DNA from: Treponemataceae bacterium
Lineage (GTDB): Bacteria; Spirochaetota; Spirochaetia; Treponematales; Rectinemataceae
Reading direction: 5' to 3'
Assembly (NCBI GenBank): GCA_963678065.2
Contig: CAXXVZ010000003.1
Span: forward strand, 576,001 to 640,000
DNA: 64,000 nucleotides
Below are positions 1 through 9,452 of this stretch, piece by piece. The notes under the pieces were generated by a model. That model saw nothing but the letters and a program-made list of their open reading frames with translations, ran no database searches and was not told where the DNA came from. Numbering within the stretch: position 1 is the first letter of the stretch; every line of letters begins with the position of its first letter. A program made the translations under genes and the position numbers.

Positions 1-2
1 TC

Positions 3-1301
3 CTCAACCTCCTGGACGCCCTCACGCCGGACAATGGGCTCTCGCCCGTCGGCGAGATGATGTGCGCATTCCCCCTCCTGCCGAGACTCTCCCGGATGAT
101 TGTGGAGTCCATCCGCAGCTACCCCTCGGTGATCGAGGAAGTCCTCATCGCGGCGAGTTTCCTGTCCACGATGAGCCCTTACATTCTTCCTCCGGGCGAG
201 GAGATGGACGCGCGCCGGGCCCACCACGCATTCCGGGATCCTTTCGGGGATTTCGTCTCCTACCTGAAAATGTTCAGGGCCTTCAGGGATGCTCCCGACA
301 AGACGCGCTACTGCGAGAAGAACTACCTCGACCTCCGCACTATGTACGAGATCCAGAGAATCAAGGAGCAGATTGAACTCATCGTCTCCTCACTCGGCGT
401 GCCCGTCTCGGGCGGCGGATCGCACGAGGACTACCTCTGCGCCGTGAGCCGCGGGCTCATCCAGTTTGTCTGCGAGCGCCAGGACCGCGGGCTCTTCCGC
501 TCGCTCACCGCCGAGAAGATCCAGATCCACCCCGGCTCCGTGATGTTCAGGGAGAATCCCGAGTTCATCGTCGCCGGCGAAATTGTCAGGACGACGCGCA
601 TGTACGCGATGTCGGTCTCTCCCCTCGACAGGGACATGCTCGCGCGAATTTCGCCCCGCCTCGCGAAGGGTTTCGGGACGAAGCTGCGCGGCCAGGCAGG
701 CAGACCGAAGGAGCGCAAGGAGAAGGCCGCCGAGAGGGATTTCACCAACAAAATCAAGATTGGGGGCGAAGTCTTCGAGATCCACATCGAGAAAGGGAAG
801 AAAAAAGTCGTCGTGCTCGATTGGCCATCTTATTCCCGGGCGCGGGCCTCCATCGACATAGATTCCGCGGCAGGTATGTACAAGGGGCTCAAGGCCTGCG
901 TCACCTACGGGAAGTACAGCCTCATGGATGGAGAAAAGCTCGAAGTCGCCCTGAAGGTGGCAGCCGGTCTCGATCCCGAGCGCGATCTTTCGGAAAATCT
1001 GCCCTCGAGACAGAACCTCGTCATGCCGGACGACGCCGAGGCCCTCATGGGCGGCCTCGACTGGGTGTTCCGGCTCGCGAAGCACAAAGGGAAAACCGCC
1101 GAGCTCGGATTCATAGCTCTGTATACGGATACCGAGGGAGCCTACTGGTTCCGCGTCTCCCGCGGCTTCCACACGGCCCTCAATGAGAGCCTCGCCTCGC
1201 TGGAGGCGCTCGCCGATGCGCTCGGCGATCACGCTCCAGCTTCCTGGCGCGAGAAGGTCGGGGCGCTGTACCGCAGGCTCTCCTCCTTCATCGAAGGCTG
1301 A
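3..1301 (+). CDS. hrpA: DEAH-box ATP-dependent RNA helicase (HrpA-like), C-terminal part; 5' end lies outside the window
   Basis: Frame is open from base 3 (LNLLDALTPDNGLSPVGEMMCAFPLLPRLSRMI resembles the HA2 domain). IQIHPGSVMF..PEFIVAGEIVRTTRMY resembles the OB-fold of DEAH helicases. Confidence 0.8.
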   Translation, partial: LNLLDALTPDNGLSPVGEMMCAFPLLPRLSRMIVESIRSYPSVIEEVLIAASFLSTMSPYILPPGEEMDARRAHHAFRDPFGDFVSYLKMFRAFRDAPDKTRYCEKNYLDLRTMYEIQRIKEQIELIVSSLGVPVSGGGSHEDYLCAVSRGLIQFVCERQDRGLFRSLTAEKIQIHPGSVMFRENPEFIVAGEIVRTTRMYAMSVSPLDRDMLARISPRLAKGFGTKLRGQAGRPKERKEKAAERDFTNKIKIGGEVFEIHIEKGKKKVVVLDWPSYSRARASIDIDSAAGMYKGLKACVTYGKYSLMDGEKLEVALKVAAGLDPERDLSENLPSRQNLVMPDDAEALMGGLDWVFRLAKHKGKTAELGFIALYTDTEGAYWFRVSRGFHTALNESLASLEALADALGDHAPASWREKVGALYRRLSSFIEG

Positions 1302-1334
1302 GCGCGTCCGGCAACCTTGGCACGCGGTCAGTGG

Positions 1335-2123
1335 TCAGGATTTCACGAACATCAGCTCCCAGACAGCCCGCCCGACGCCTTTTGCTCTGGCCTCGAACTT
1401 GGTTTCGGGGCGCCATTCCTGGCGCGGCGCGAACCCGTCGTGACTGTTGACGAGGCCGTCGGTCCGTGAAAGTACATCGAGGGCCTGATTGGCGTAGTCC
1501 TCGATGTCGGTCACGAAATAGAGGTACCCACCTGGCGAGAGCCGGGAGGCGAGCAGCCCGGACAGGCCGTCGCGGATGAGCCTGCGCTTGTTGTGCCGTT
1601 TTTTCTGCCAGGGATCCGGATAGAAGATGTGATAGCCGGCGAGTGATCCGGGCGCGATGATTTTCTCCAGAACCTCGACGACATCGTGGTTGATGATGCG
1701 CAGGTTGCCTATCTTTTCGCGCTCGATGTCGATGAGGAGCTTTCCGACTCCCGGCGTGTGGACCTCGACCCCGAGATAGTTCATTTCGGGGCGGGCGAGG
1801 GCTATCCTCCATGTCGCCTGCCCCATGCCAAAGCCGATCTCCATGACAACAGGTGCGCCGTTTCCGAAGGCGGCCGGGAAATCGAGGATCGCATCCGGTT
1901 CGAAGGGAATGACGTAGCGGGGTCCCAGGGCCGCTATCGCCTCCTTCTGGGCCTCGGTCATCCTTCCGGTCCGGAGGACATAGGTGCGGATGCCTCTGTC
2001 CGCGACGACTGCTGTCCGGGCTCTGTCCTGCCCGCCTGAGCCTGTCGCGGGACCTGCGGAGTGGAGGGTGTCGGCGGGGTCAGGGCTGCCGGGGATTTCG
2101 CGCGAGTCCATGTCGCCCCTCAC
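1335..2123 (-). CDS. trmB: tRNA (guanine-N7)-methyltransferase
   Basis: IRTYVLRTGRMT, EIGFGMG, GVEVH, FYPDPWQKKRHNKRRL and ETKFEAR motifs. An alternative ATG lies at 2111. Confidence 0.95.
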   Translation of the reverse strand: MRGDMDSREIPGSPDPADTLHSAGPATGSGGQDRARTAVVADRGIRTYVLRTGRMTEAQKEAIAALGPRYVIPFEPDAILDFPAAFGNGAPVVMEIGFGMGQATWRIALARPEMNYLGVEVHTPGVGKLLIDIEREKIGNLRIINHDVVEVLEKIIAPGSLAGYHIFYPDPWQKKRHNKRRLIRDGLSGLLASRLSPGGYLYFVTDIEDYANQALDVLSRTDGLVNSHDGFAPRQEWRPETKFEARAKGVGRAVWELMFVKS

Positions 2124-3439
2124 GCCGCCCCTCTTCCGGTCGACGCCAGCACGAAGGCGACGGCGGCTTCCGGGCTCGAGGTCTCCGTCGTCTCGCGCGT
2201 CGCGAGATCCTTCACGGGAAGGACGCCCCGCGCTTTTTCTCCGCTTCCAAGGACAATGGCGAAGCGGATTCCCTTCTTTTCCGCGTACCCGAACTGCTGG
2301 GCAAGTTTCTTCTGCTCGGGGAACACCTCCGCGATGAGTCCGAGGCTCCGCAGCCGTGCCGCGATCCTCTGGTATTCAGGCGCGAGGCTTTCATCCATGT
2401 TGAGGACAAGGATCGACGGAGAGCCCGACTTTGCGCGCGAGGTCCCGATGACGTCGAGGGCGGCCATGAGCCGGTCGAGCCCGACCGAGGCGCCGACGCC
2501 GGGCAGCCTGCGCGTGGTGTAGAGAGAAGCCAGCTCGTCGTATCGGCCGCCCGAGCAGACCGAACCTATCTGGGGGAGCGCTTCGAGCGTCGTCTCGAAG
2601 ACCATGCCGGTATAGTAATCGAGCCCCCTCGTGATCGAGGGGTCGAGCACGAGGCGGTCTTTCGCGCCTGCAGCCCCGGCAGCGGCGAGAACGGCCCTCA
2701 CCCTGTCGCTGTCGGCCGCCGGCCCTCCCGCCATCGATTCGATCTTGGCGAGAGTGGCGAGGGCGTAGTCTTCCTTCCGGATGAAATCCATGACGAGCCC
2801 GGCGGACTCTGCGCCCAGGTCCAGAGCGAGCTGGCTCTGGACCTGGGCGGGGCCTATCTTCTCGAGCTTGTCGACGAGGCGGAGTACCGCCACGGATTTC
2901 TCGCCCGCGCCGAGCCGGGTCAGGAAGCGGTTGAAAATTCCTCTGTGGTTTATCCTGATGCAAAACCCTCCCACTTCCAGCGCGCGCATCGCGGCATCGA
3001 TCACGAGCACGATGTCGGCGTCCGCCATGGCCGAATCGACTCCGACGATGTCGAAATCGCACTGCATGAACTCGCGGTAGCGTCCGCGCTGGGTGTTCTC
3101 GCCGCGCCAGACCTTAGCCACGTGGAAGCGGCGGAAGGGCAGGTAGAGTTCGTCGACGTGTTCGGCCATGAAACGCGCGAAAGGCACAGTCAGGTCGAAG
3201 CGCATGGCGACCTCGCGTCCGCCGTTGTCGGTGAAGTGGTAGACCTGCTTGTCAGTTTCGCCGCCTCCCTTGCCGAGGAGGATCTCCGCGTATTCCAGGA
3301 CGGGCGTATCGATGGGAACGAATCCGAAAGATCCGAAGGTCTTTTCCAGGATGGCGACGAGCGCCTTGCGCCCGGCTTCGGATTCGGGCAAAAAGTCGCG
3401 GAATCCCTTGAGGACCCGCGGCTGGATGATGTCGGCCAT
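2120..3439 (-). CDS. hisS: Histidine--tRNA ligase
   Basis: PRVLKGFRDFLP, MRFDLTVPFAR, RGRYREFMQCDFD, TRGLDYYTG and GGRYD motifs. True start is ATG 3439 after an AAGGAG RBS; the ORF-track extension to 3823 overlaps rpsF. Confidence 0.97.
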   Translation of the reverse strand: MADIIQPRVLKGFRDFLPESEAGRKALVAILEKTFGSFGFVPIDTPVLEYAEILLGKGGGETDKQVYHFTDNGGREVAMRFDLTVPFARFMAEHVDELYLPFRRFHVAKVWRGENTQRGRYREFMQCDFDIVGVDSAMADADIVLVIDAAMRALEVGGFCIRINHRGIFNRFLTRLGAGEKSVAVLRLVDKLEKIGPAQVQSQLALDLGAESAGLVMDFIRKEDYALATLAKIESMAGGPAADSDRVRAVLAAAGAAGAKDRLVLDPSITRGLDYYTGMVFETTLEALPQIGSVCSGGRYDELASLYTTRRLPGVGASVGLDRLMAALDVIGTSRAKSGSPSILVLNMDESLAPEYQRIAARLRSLGLIAEVFPEQKKLAQQFGYAEKKGIRFAIVLGSGEKARGVLPVKDLATRETTETSSPEAAVAFVLASTGRGAA

Positions 3440-3603
3440 GTCTGCTCCTTGGTTTTCTTCATTATGGAAAAAAGAAGGGCGCGGATCAAGCGCGTCCGCC
3501 GCTGCCCCCGGCCACAGGTCCTGCCACCGCGGCCCGCTCTGTCGCTGAGCTCCGTGGCCCCGGCGCCTTGCCATTGTCAGCTCTTTGTGGTACAAGTTAT
3601 TCG

Positions 3604-3648
3604 CCTCTTTATCCGCCCGTATGGGCGGATCCCAAGTCCATAGGGAGG
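3604..3648 (+). promoter_or_regulatory. Candidate S6:S18 ribosomal protein leader RNA
   Basis: CCTCTTT (3604-3610) can pair with the SD AGGGAGG (3642-3648). It encloses hairpin ATCCGCCC-GTAT-GGGCGGAT and a CCA-containing internal loop, directly upstream of rpsF. Confidence 0.6.
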
Positions 3649-3652
3649 AACC

Positions 3653-3934
3653 ATGAGACAATACGAACTTGTCGCCATCTTTCCGTCGGAAGAAGATCTT
3701 TTCCGACAGGGAAGGGAGACAGTCGCGGCCGAACTCGTAAAAGAAGGCGCGACGGACATCAAGGAAGACGACATGGGCGACAGACAGCTCGCCTATGTCA
3801 TCAAGAAACGCGAGCGCGGACACTACATCCTGTTCACGATGAACCTCGATCCGCAGAAAGTCACGCCGATCGAAAAAGCTTTCAAGCTCAATCCCAATGT
3901 CCTCAAGTACCTTTTCGTCAAGGTAGAGGCCTGA
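3653..3934 (+). CDS. rpsF: 30S ribosomal protein S6
   Basis: MRQYELVAIF and GDRQLAYVIKK..RGHY motifs; first gene of the rpsF-ssb-rpsR cluster. Confidence 0.97.
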   Translation: MRQYELVAIFPSEEDLFRQGRETVAAELVKEGATDIKEDDMGDRQLAYVIKKRERGHYILFTMNLDPQKVTPIEKAFKLNPNVLKYLFVKVEA

Positions 3935-3959
3935 TTCCAGGCCGGGAGATCAACACAAG

Positions 3960-4490
3960 GTGAGCGAAACCAACGTCGTAGTACTGGTCGGAAGATTGAC
4001 CCGCGATGCAGAACTGAAATACACCAAGTCGGGAATGGCCCTCAGCACCTTCGCGATAGCCCTCAACAGGCGCATCAAACAGGGTGAGGAGTGGGTCGAC
4101 GAGGCCAATTTCTTCGATATCAATTATTGGGGAAAGGGAGCTGAGTCCGTGAGCCAGTACCTCACGAAGGGAAAGCAGGTCGCGATTCAGGGCGAACTCC
4201 GCCAGGACAGATGGGAGCAGGATGGACAGTCCCGAAGCAAGGTCGTCATCCACGCGAACAATGTCCAGCTTCTGGGCAGCTCCGGAACCTCCGGATCCCA
4301 GGGCATGTCGTCCGGAGGCGGTCAGGTTGCCAACGAAAGGGGCGGCGCCAGGCCATATGCCAATCCCGCGCAGACAGGCGGACAGACCGGATACCAGCAG
4401 ACCCCGAAACCTCTGAATCCGGTAAAAAGCTTTCCCAATCAGGGCGGTGCACCCGCCAACGACGATTTCACCGACGATATCCCATTCTAA
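3960..4490 (+). CDS. ssb: Single-stranded DNA-binding protein
   Basis: NVVVLVGRLTRDAELKYT, YLTKGKQVAIQGEL, G/Q-rich linker and DDIPF tail. Confidence 0.98.
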   Translation: MSETNVVVLVGRLTRDAELKYTKSGMALSTFAIALNRRIKQGEEWVDEANFFDINYWGKGAESVSQYLTKGKQVAIQGELRQDRWEQDGQSRSKVVIHANNVQLLGSSGTSGSQGMSSGGGQVANERGGARPYANPAQTGGQTGYQQTPKPLNPVKSFPNQGGAPANDDFTDDIPF

Positions 4491-4508
4491 TCCAAGGAGA
4501 ACACACTT

Positions 4509-4820
4509 ATGTCCGATACACGCGATCAGATGGATAGCCGCCGCCCGGATGGCGATTCCGATCAGCGCCGCGATGGAGAAGAGCGCGGCTCCGGCCCCCG
4601 CAGGGGAAAAGGCTTCTTCAAAAAGAAGGTCTGCAAATTCTGCGTCCAGAAGCTCAAGGTCAACTACAAGGACCTCGATGTCCTCAAGCGCTTCGTGACC
4701 GAACGCGGAAAGATCCTTCCCCGCCGCATCACCGGGACCTGCTCCAAGCATCAGCGCTTCCTCGCGGTCAGCATCAAGCGTGCCCGCGCCATCGCGACCC
4801 TTCCCTACGTCGCGAAGTAA
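4509..4820 (+). CDS. rpsR: 30S ribosomal protein S18 (Zn-ribbon type, N-terminal extension)
   Basis: KKKVCKFC...[31 protein letters not shown]. Confidence 0.98.
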   Translation: MSDTRDQMDSRRPDGDSDQRRDGEERGSGPRRGKGFFKKKVCKFCVQKLKVNYKDLDVLKRFVTERGKILPRRITGTCSKHQRFLAVSIKRARAIATLPYVAK

Positions 4821-4841
4821 GAGCAAGAAAGGCTGACGCTC

Positions 4842-5849
4842 ATGACCGAAACGACAGGAAACCGGGACAGGCGGATGCTGGTCGCTTCCATTGCGGCCGG
4901 ACTCGCTTCCGGTATCCTCTACCTCTCCCTGGCCCTGGCCATATTCTTCCTCCTCCCCGTCCAGATCGTTTTCGGACGTTCCGGCAGGAAGGCGGGAATG
5001 ATTGCGGCCTGCGCGGCGATCGCGGTGATCGGCGCGGGCCAGGTGTGGAGAATGGTCGGACTCGGCATGACGGACGCGGCTTCGCTGGCCTTCGCCCTGG
5101 TACCGCCGGCAATCCTCACGGGTTCGCTGGTGGCGCTCAATGCCTCCCTTGGGGGAGCCTTCTGGGGGAAGGTCGATCCCCTGTTCCGCGCCCTCGCGGT
5201 CACCCTCGTGCTCGCGCTCGCCGCCCTGCCCCTCGTTCTCGATCTCGGTCGGGACGGGGCCTTCACATCCCTTCTCGAGGAGAGCATCGGAGCCCTCACG
5301 GCGCCCCTGACAAAGAACCTCGGAGAGGGATATGAGGCACAGGTCCTCGCCGCATCACTCGACGTGAAGAACCTCGTCGCCGAAGCGAAAAACATTCTCG
5401 CTTCAAGCTATGTGGTATTCATTTTCGTGCTCGACGCCGGCAGCTGGTGGCTGGGTTCCAGGCTCTCCGGAGCCGGCAGCACCGGCAGGAAAAACCTTCC
5501 CGCCCTGCGCGATTTCCGTATTCCCTACGCACTCCTGTGGCCCGTTCTGGGCGCATGGGCAGGTGTTTTCGCTTCTCTGGCCTTTTCTTTAAAGGGATGG
5601 TTCCCGGCATGTGCCTGGAACACAGCCCTTGTGCTTTCACTGTGTTACGCCGCGCAGGGAGTGGGGGTACTGTCCCACTTGCTTTCCAGGCGCAACCTAC
5701 CGGGAATCACGCGATTGGCCGTCGCCCTGACGGTTCTCATCATGCTGGTCAGCCCCGTTGCGGGCGGCCTTCTGGCGGGAGCCCTTGCGATTCTCGGCAT
5801 CACAGAGGTATGGATACCGTACCGAAACCCTAAAGGAGTCGGAGCATGA
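4842..5849 (+). CDS. DUF2232/YybS-like multi-pass membrane protein
   Basis: Many hydrophobic segments; sits between rpsR and rplI, the conserved position of this family. Confidence 0.75.
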   Translation: MTETTGNRDRRMLVASIAAGLASGILYLSLALAIFFLLPVQIVFGRSGRKAGMIAACAAIAVIGAGQVWRMVGLGMTDAASLAFALVPPAILTGSLVALNASLGGAFWGKVDPLFRALAVTLVLALAALPLVLDLGRDGAFTSLLEESIGALTAPLTKNLGEGYEAQVLAASLDVKNLVAEAKNILASSYVVFIFVLDAGSWWLGSRLSGAGSTGRKNLPALRDFRIPYALLWPVLGAWAGVFASLAFSLKGWFPACAWNTALVLSLCYAAQGVGVLSHLLSRRNLPGITRLAVALTVLIMLVSPVAGGLLAGALAILGITEVWIPYRNPKGVGA

Positions 5850-6442
5850 AAGTCATCCTCAGTCAGGACGTTCCGAATCTCGGCGAGCTCGGAGACGTCA
5901 AGGACGTATCTCCCGGTTACGCCCGCAATTATCTTCTTCCCAGGAACTATGTTCTGGTTTACAACCGCGGCACCGTCACGCTCTTCGAAAAGCGCAAGGC
6001 GGAAATCGAGGCGATGAAGGAAGCCAAACGCAGATCCAGCATGTCCCTCAAGGAAAAGCTCGAATCCGAAGAAATTCAGATTCAGGTTCCTGCTGGCGCC
6101 AACGGCAAGCTCTACGGAGCCGTCACCAACGCCACTGTCGCCGACGAACTTCTCAAGAGAGGAATCGAAGTCGACCGCAAGAAGATCGAAGTCCCCGGTC
6201 GCTCCATCAAGAGCACCGGCAACTACAAGGTCCTCGTCCGCCTCTACGAGAAGGAAGAAGCGACCATCCGGATTTCCATCGCCGGACAAGAGATCAAGGC
6301 AGAGGTCAGGGCCGAAGACGAAAACGCTCCCCGCCGCAGGGAGAGGGCTGCCCGCCGCCGCGTAGAAGAGGCCGAGCCGACCACTCTCGAAGAGCAGGCT
6401 GCGGCTTTCGAGGCCGCCGTCTCCGCCGGTCGCATGAACTGA
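5846..6442 (+). CDS. rplI: 50S ribosomal protein L9
   Basis: MKVILSQDVPNLGELGDVKDVSPGYARNYLLP and GKLYGAVT motifs. Confidence 0.98.
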   Translation: MKVILSQDVPNLGELGDVKDVSPGYARNYLLPRNYVLVYNRGTVTLFEKRKAEIEAMKEAKRRSSMSLKEKLESEEIQIQVPAGANGKLYGAVTNATVADELLKRGIEVDRKKIEVPGRSIKSTGNYKVLVRLYEKEEATIRISIAGQEIKAEVRAEDENAPRRRERAARRRVEEAEPTTLEEQAAAFEAAVSAGRMN

Positions 6443-6603
6443 GTTTTCCTCCGGACCGAAAGTCCGGAGATCCGCGCCGGGGATAAGGAAGACCACAGCG
6501 GTGCGTCTTTCTCGCCCGGAGAAACCGGGGTGGGGGAGCGGATTGTCGCGCAGGCGCGGCGATTTCGATTCTCCCTCCCCGGTTTTTTTGCTATACTCCC
6601 GTC

Positions 6604-7944
6604 ATGATTCCCGCCCAGCTCAAGGACAAGGTTCCACCATACAACGCCGAAGCCGAACAGGCCTGCCTCGGCGCCGTCCTGCTCGACGCAGATGCCCTCC
6701 CCATCGTCCTTCGCTACCTCAGGCCGGATGATTTCTATGTGAACGCCAACAAGGACATCCTCGCGGGCGTCATCTCCCTCTATGAGAAGGGCCAGAAATC
6801 CGACCTCATCACGCTGACCGACGAGTTGCGCCTCATGGGAACGCTCGACAGGACGGGAGGGCCAGGCTACATAGCCAACCTGACATCTGTTACGCCTTCC
6901 TCGGCCAATGTCGAGTACTACGCCAAGATCGTCCAGGAAAATTCGATCAGACGCAACCTCATCCGTCTCTCCGCCACGCTGTCCACGAGCGCCCACGACG
7001 ATTCGGTCGAGTCCGGGGTCATCCTCGACGAGGCGCAGGCGAAAATCTTCGAGATCACGCAGAACCGTCAGGCCGTCAGCTACAAAAGCGCGCGCGATCT
7101 TCTGCCGGAGACGATCAAAAACATCGAGGCGCTGTACAAAAACAAGGAACCCTACACTGGCATCCCAACAGGATTCTCCGACCTCGACTCCATGACTTCA
7201 GGATTCCAGAACTCCGAGTTCATCGTAATTGGCGCGCGTCCTTCCGTCGGAAAGACAGCCCTCGCCCTCACGATGGCCGCCCATGTGACCATAGACAAAA
7301 AAATTCCTGCCGCCTTCTTCTCACTCGAAATGGCCGACATGGCCATCATGCAGCGTCTCATTTCCAGCGAAGCGCGCATCCCGAACGAAAAGCTCCGCAC
7401 AGGACTCATCAAGGCCTCCGATTTCACCGACCTCATGGCGGCCGCGGGCCGGATCTACGAAGCTCCCCTTTACATCATCGACATGCCCAACATGAAGCTC
7501 CTCGATTTAAGGACCATGGCGCGCCGGCTCAAGGCGGAGAAAAGCATACAGATCGTCTATGTCGACTACCTGACCCTCATCACTCACGAGAACGCCGACC
7601 TCCCGCGCTGGGAGCAGATTGCTAGCATCTCACGTTCGCTCAAGGCACTAGCCCGCGAGCTCAAGATCCCCGTCGTCGCCCTGTCTCAGCTCAAACGAGA
7701 GGCGGAGGGCAAGCAGCCGAGCCTCGCGGACCTGCGCGAGTCGGGGTCCATCGAGCAGGACGCCGACGTGATTTTCTTCCTGCACCGCGACCGTGAGATA
7801 GACCGCAAGCGCGATGAGCAATCCAACGTGATAGAGACCGACCTCATCGTCGCAAAAAACCGCAATGGCCCGGTCGGCAAGACGACGATAGCCTTCCTGC
7901 CCAAATTCACCAAATTCGAAGAGATGGACAGAAGACACAGCTGA
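6604..7944 (+). CDS. dnaB: Replicative DNA helicase
   Basis: PPYNAEAEQACLG, Walker A GARPSVGKT, VDYLTL, ALSQL and DLRESGSIEQDAD motifs; no intein. Confidence 0.98.
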   Translation: MIPAQLKDKVPPYNAEAEQACLGAVLLDADALPIVLRYLRPDDFYVNANKDILAGVISLYEKGQKSDLITLTDELRLMGTLDRTGGPGYIANLTSVTPSSANVEYYAKIVQENSIRRNLIRLSATLSTSAHDDSVESGVILDEAQAKIFEITQNRQAVSYKSARDLLPETIKNIEALYKNKEPYTGIPTGFSDLDSMTSGFQNSEFIVIGARPSVGKTALALTMAAHVTIDKKIPAAFFSLEMADMAIMQRLISSEARIPNEKLRTGLIKASDFTDLMAAAGRIYEAPLYIIDMPNMKLLDLRTMARRLKAEKSIQIVYVDYLTLITHENADLPRWEQIASISRSLKALARELKIPVVALSQLKREAEGKQPSLADLRESGSIEQDADVIFFLHRDREIDRKRDEQSNVIETDLIVAKNRNGPVGKTTIAFLPKFTKFEEMDRRHS

Positions 7945-8012
7945 GGGTGAGGTCTGCGGAGTTGGGTTGATGGGGTAAAAGTAAGCAATCGGACGATGGA
8001 GCGATAATACGC

Positions 8013-8038
8013 GGAGCCCGGCCAGATGGCCGGGCTCC
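8013..8038. terminator. GC-rich hairpin between convergent dnaB and rseP
   Basis: GGAGCCCGGCCA-GA-TGGCCGGGCTCC perfect inverted repeat; no clear U tract. Confidence 0.55.
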
Positions 8039-8046
8039 ACTGCACT

Positions 8047-9450
8047 CTAGAGTTTCGTGAAGAAGAGTATGTCGCTCAGCGTCGCGACGAGGAAGAGAAC
8101 CATGATCATGGCTGAACCAGCGAACTGAAAACGCATGATCGTCTTGGCCTTGAGCGGGCGCTTCCTGAAAATTTCCACGATGAACATGAGAATGAGTCCG
8201 CCGTCCAGGGCAGGGATGGGCAACAGGTTCATTATGAACAATCCGACGGAAAGAAAAGCGAGAAAATTGAAAGTCTGCACGAGGCCGGCTACGCCGCTCT
8301 GACTGACCGAGTCCTTGGTTGCCTTCCCCACCATCCAGGTGATGCGGGCCGGACCGGAGATGGCCTGGAAAACATCGACGCCCCTGAACAAGAGACCGAT
8401 ACTCTTGAGCGTGAGGAGAGATGTGTTCCATGTCTCACGTGCCCCGTCGACCACGGCGGAGGGCAGGCTGGCGGAGCGGACGCTGCGGGTTAGGGTCCGG
8501 AAACTGACTCCGAGGTTGGATTCGCCTGAGCCCGACCAGGAAAGGATCATCTGGGTATCCTTCGCCGAACCGCTCCGGGAATAGGATACCAGAACCTTTT
8601 CCGGTTTCGCCTTGAGGGCGGAAATGATATCGAGGGAATTGCGGACGGGAATCGAATTGACCGCGAGGACGATGTCCCCCGGCTCGAGCCCGGCCAGGGC
8701 CGCTGCGCTCCCGGGCTCGACATTGGAGATCACCGGGTCGATCCAGGAATAGACGCCGATCTTTCCAGCCCCCGAAGATTTGTCGAGACGGGGTACAACT
8801 GTGGTCTCGACCTTCGCGCCCCCCCGCTCCAGGACGACAGGAAGACGCTTGCCCGGCGAGGTTGCGATGATATCCTGGATGTCGGTGTAGTCCCGGACTG
8901 GCCTGCCGGCGATCGAAACGATGAGGTCTCCTGACACCATGCCCGCTTCGTCGGCGGGATTGAGGAGCGCGACAGGGGAGGCTGCCCCCTTCGCGGATGA
9001 CGTGGAGGCCGCCGTCGTGTCGAAGGAATAGCCGCTCGCGAGTATGATCCTCGCGGGAGTGGTGTTGATCGTGTAGCCAAGTGCCGCCACGATGGAAAAA
9101 ACGATGACTGCGAAGATGATGTTGGCTGTCGGGCCTGCGAGGGCCACCGCTATGCGTCGAAGGGCGGAAACGCCGTAGAAACTGCCGGGATCGCGGGGCA
9201 GCTCATCGAGATGTTCGCTCATGGCACGGCGGAAGGCGTCCTCGCCCCTCATCTTGCAGAACCCACCCACAGGAAAGGCAGAAATCTGCCATTCCGTGCC
9301 GCCTTTTTTGAAGCCGGCTATCTTCGGCCCCCAGCCGATGGAGAATGTCTCGACTTCTATGCCTACCGCGCGTGCGGCAACAAAATGGCCAAGCTCGTGG
9401 AAAAGCACCACGAGGCCGAGACCGGCAAGTCCAAGCAGGATTGTGATCAT
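8047..9450 (-). CDS. rseP: RIP metalloprotease RseP (M50, PDZ domains)
   Basis: FHELGH, FSIGWGP, AGPTAN and NLLPIPALDGG motifs; two PDZ-like repeats; downstream of dxr. Confidence 0.95.
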   Translation of the reverse strand: MITILLGLAGLGLVVLFHELGHFVAARAVGIEVETFSIGWGPKIAGFKKGGTEWQISAFPVGGFCKMRGEDAFRRAMSEHLDELPRDPGSFYGVSALRRIAVALAGPTANIIFAVIVFSIVAALGYTINTTPARIILASGYSFDTTAASTSSAKGAASPVALLNPADEAGMVSGDLIVSIAGRPVRDYTDIQDIIATSPGKRLPVVLERGGAKVETTVVPRLDKSSGAGKIGVYSWIDPVISNVEPGSAAALAGLEPGDIVLAVNSIPVRNSLDIISALKAKPEKVLVSYSRSGSAKDTQMILSWSGSGESNLGVSFRTLTRSVRSASLPSAVVDGARETWNTSLLTLKSIGLLFRGVDVFQAISGPARITWMVGKATKDSVSQSGVAGLVQTFNFLAFLSVGLFIMNLLPIPALDGGLILMFIVEIFRKRPLKAKTIMRFQFAGSAMIMVLFLVATLSDILFFTKL

Positions 9451-9452
9451 TG

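Noticed and set aside
3440..3823. N-terminal extension of HisS in the ORF track
   Set aside because: It overlaps rpsF on the other strand. The HisS homology and a good RBS start at 3439.
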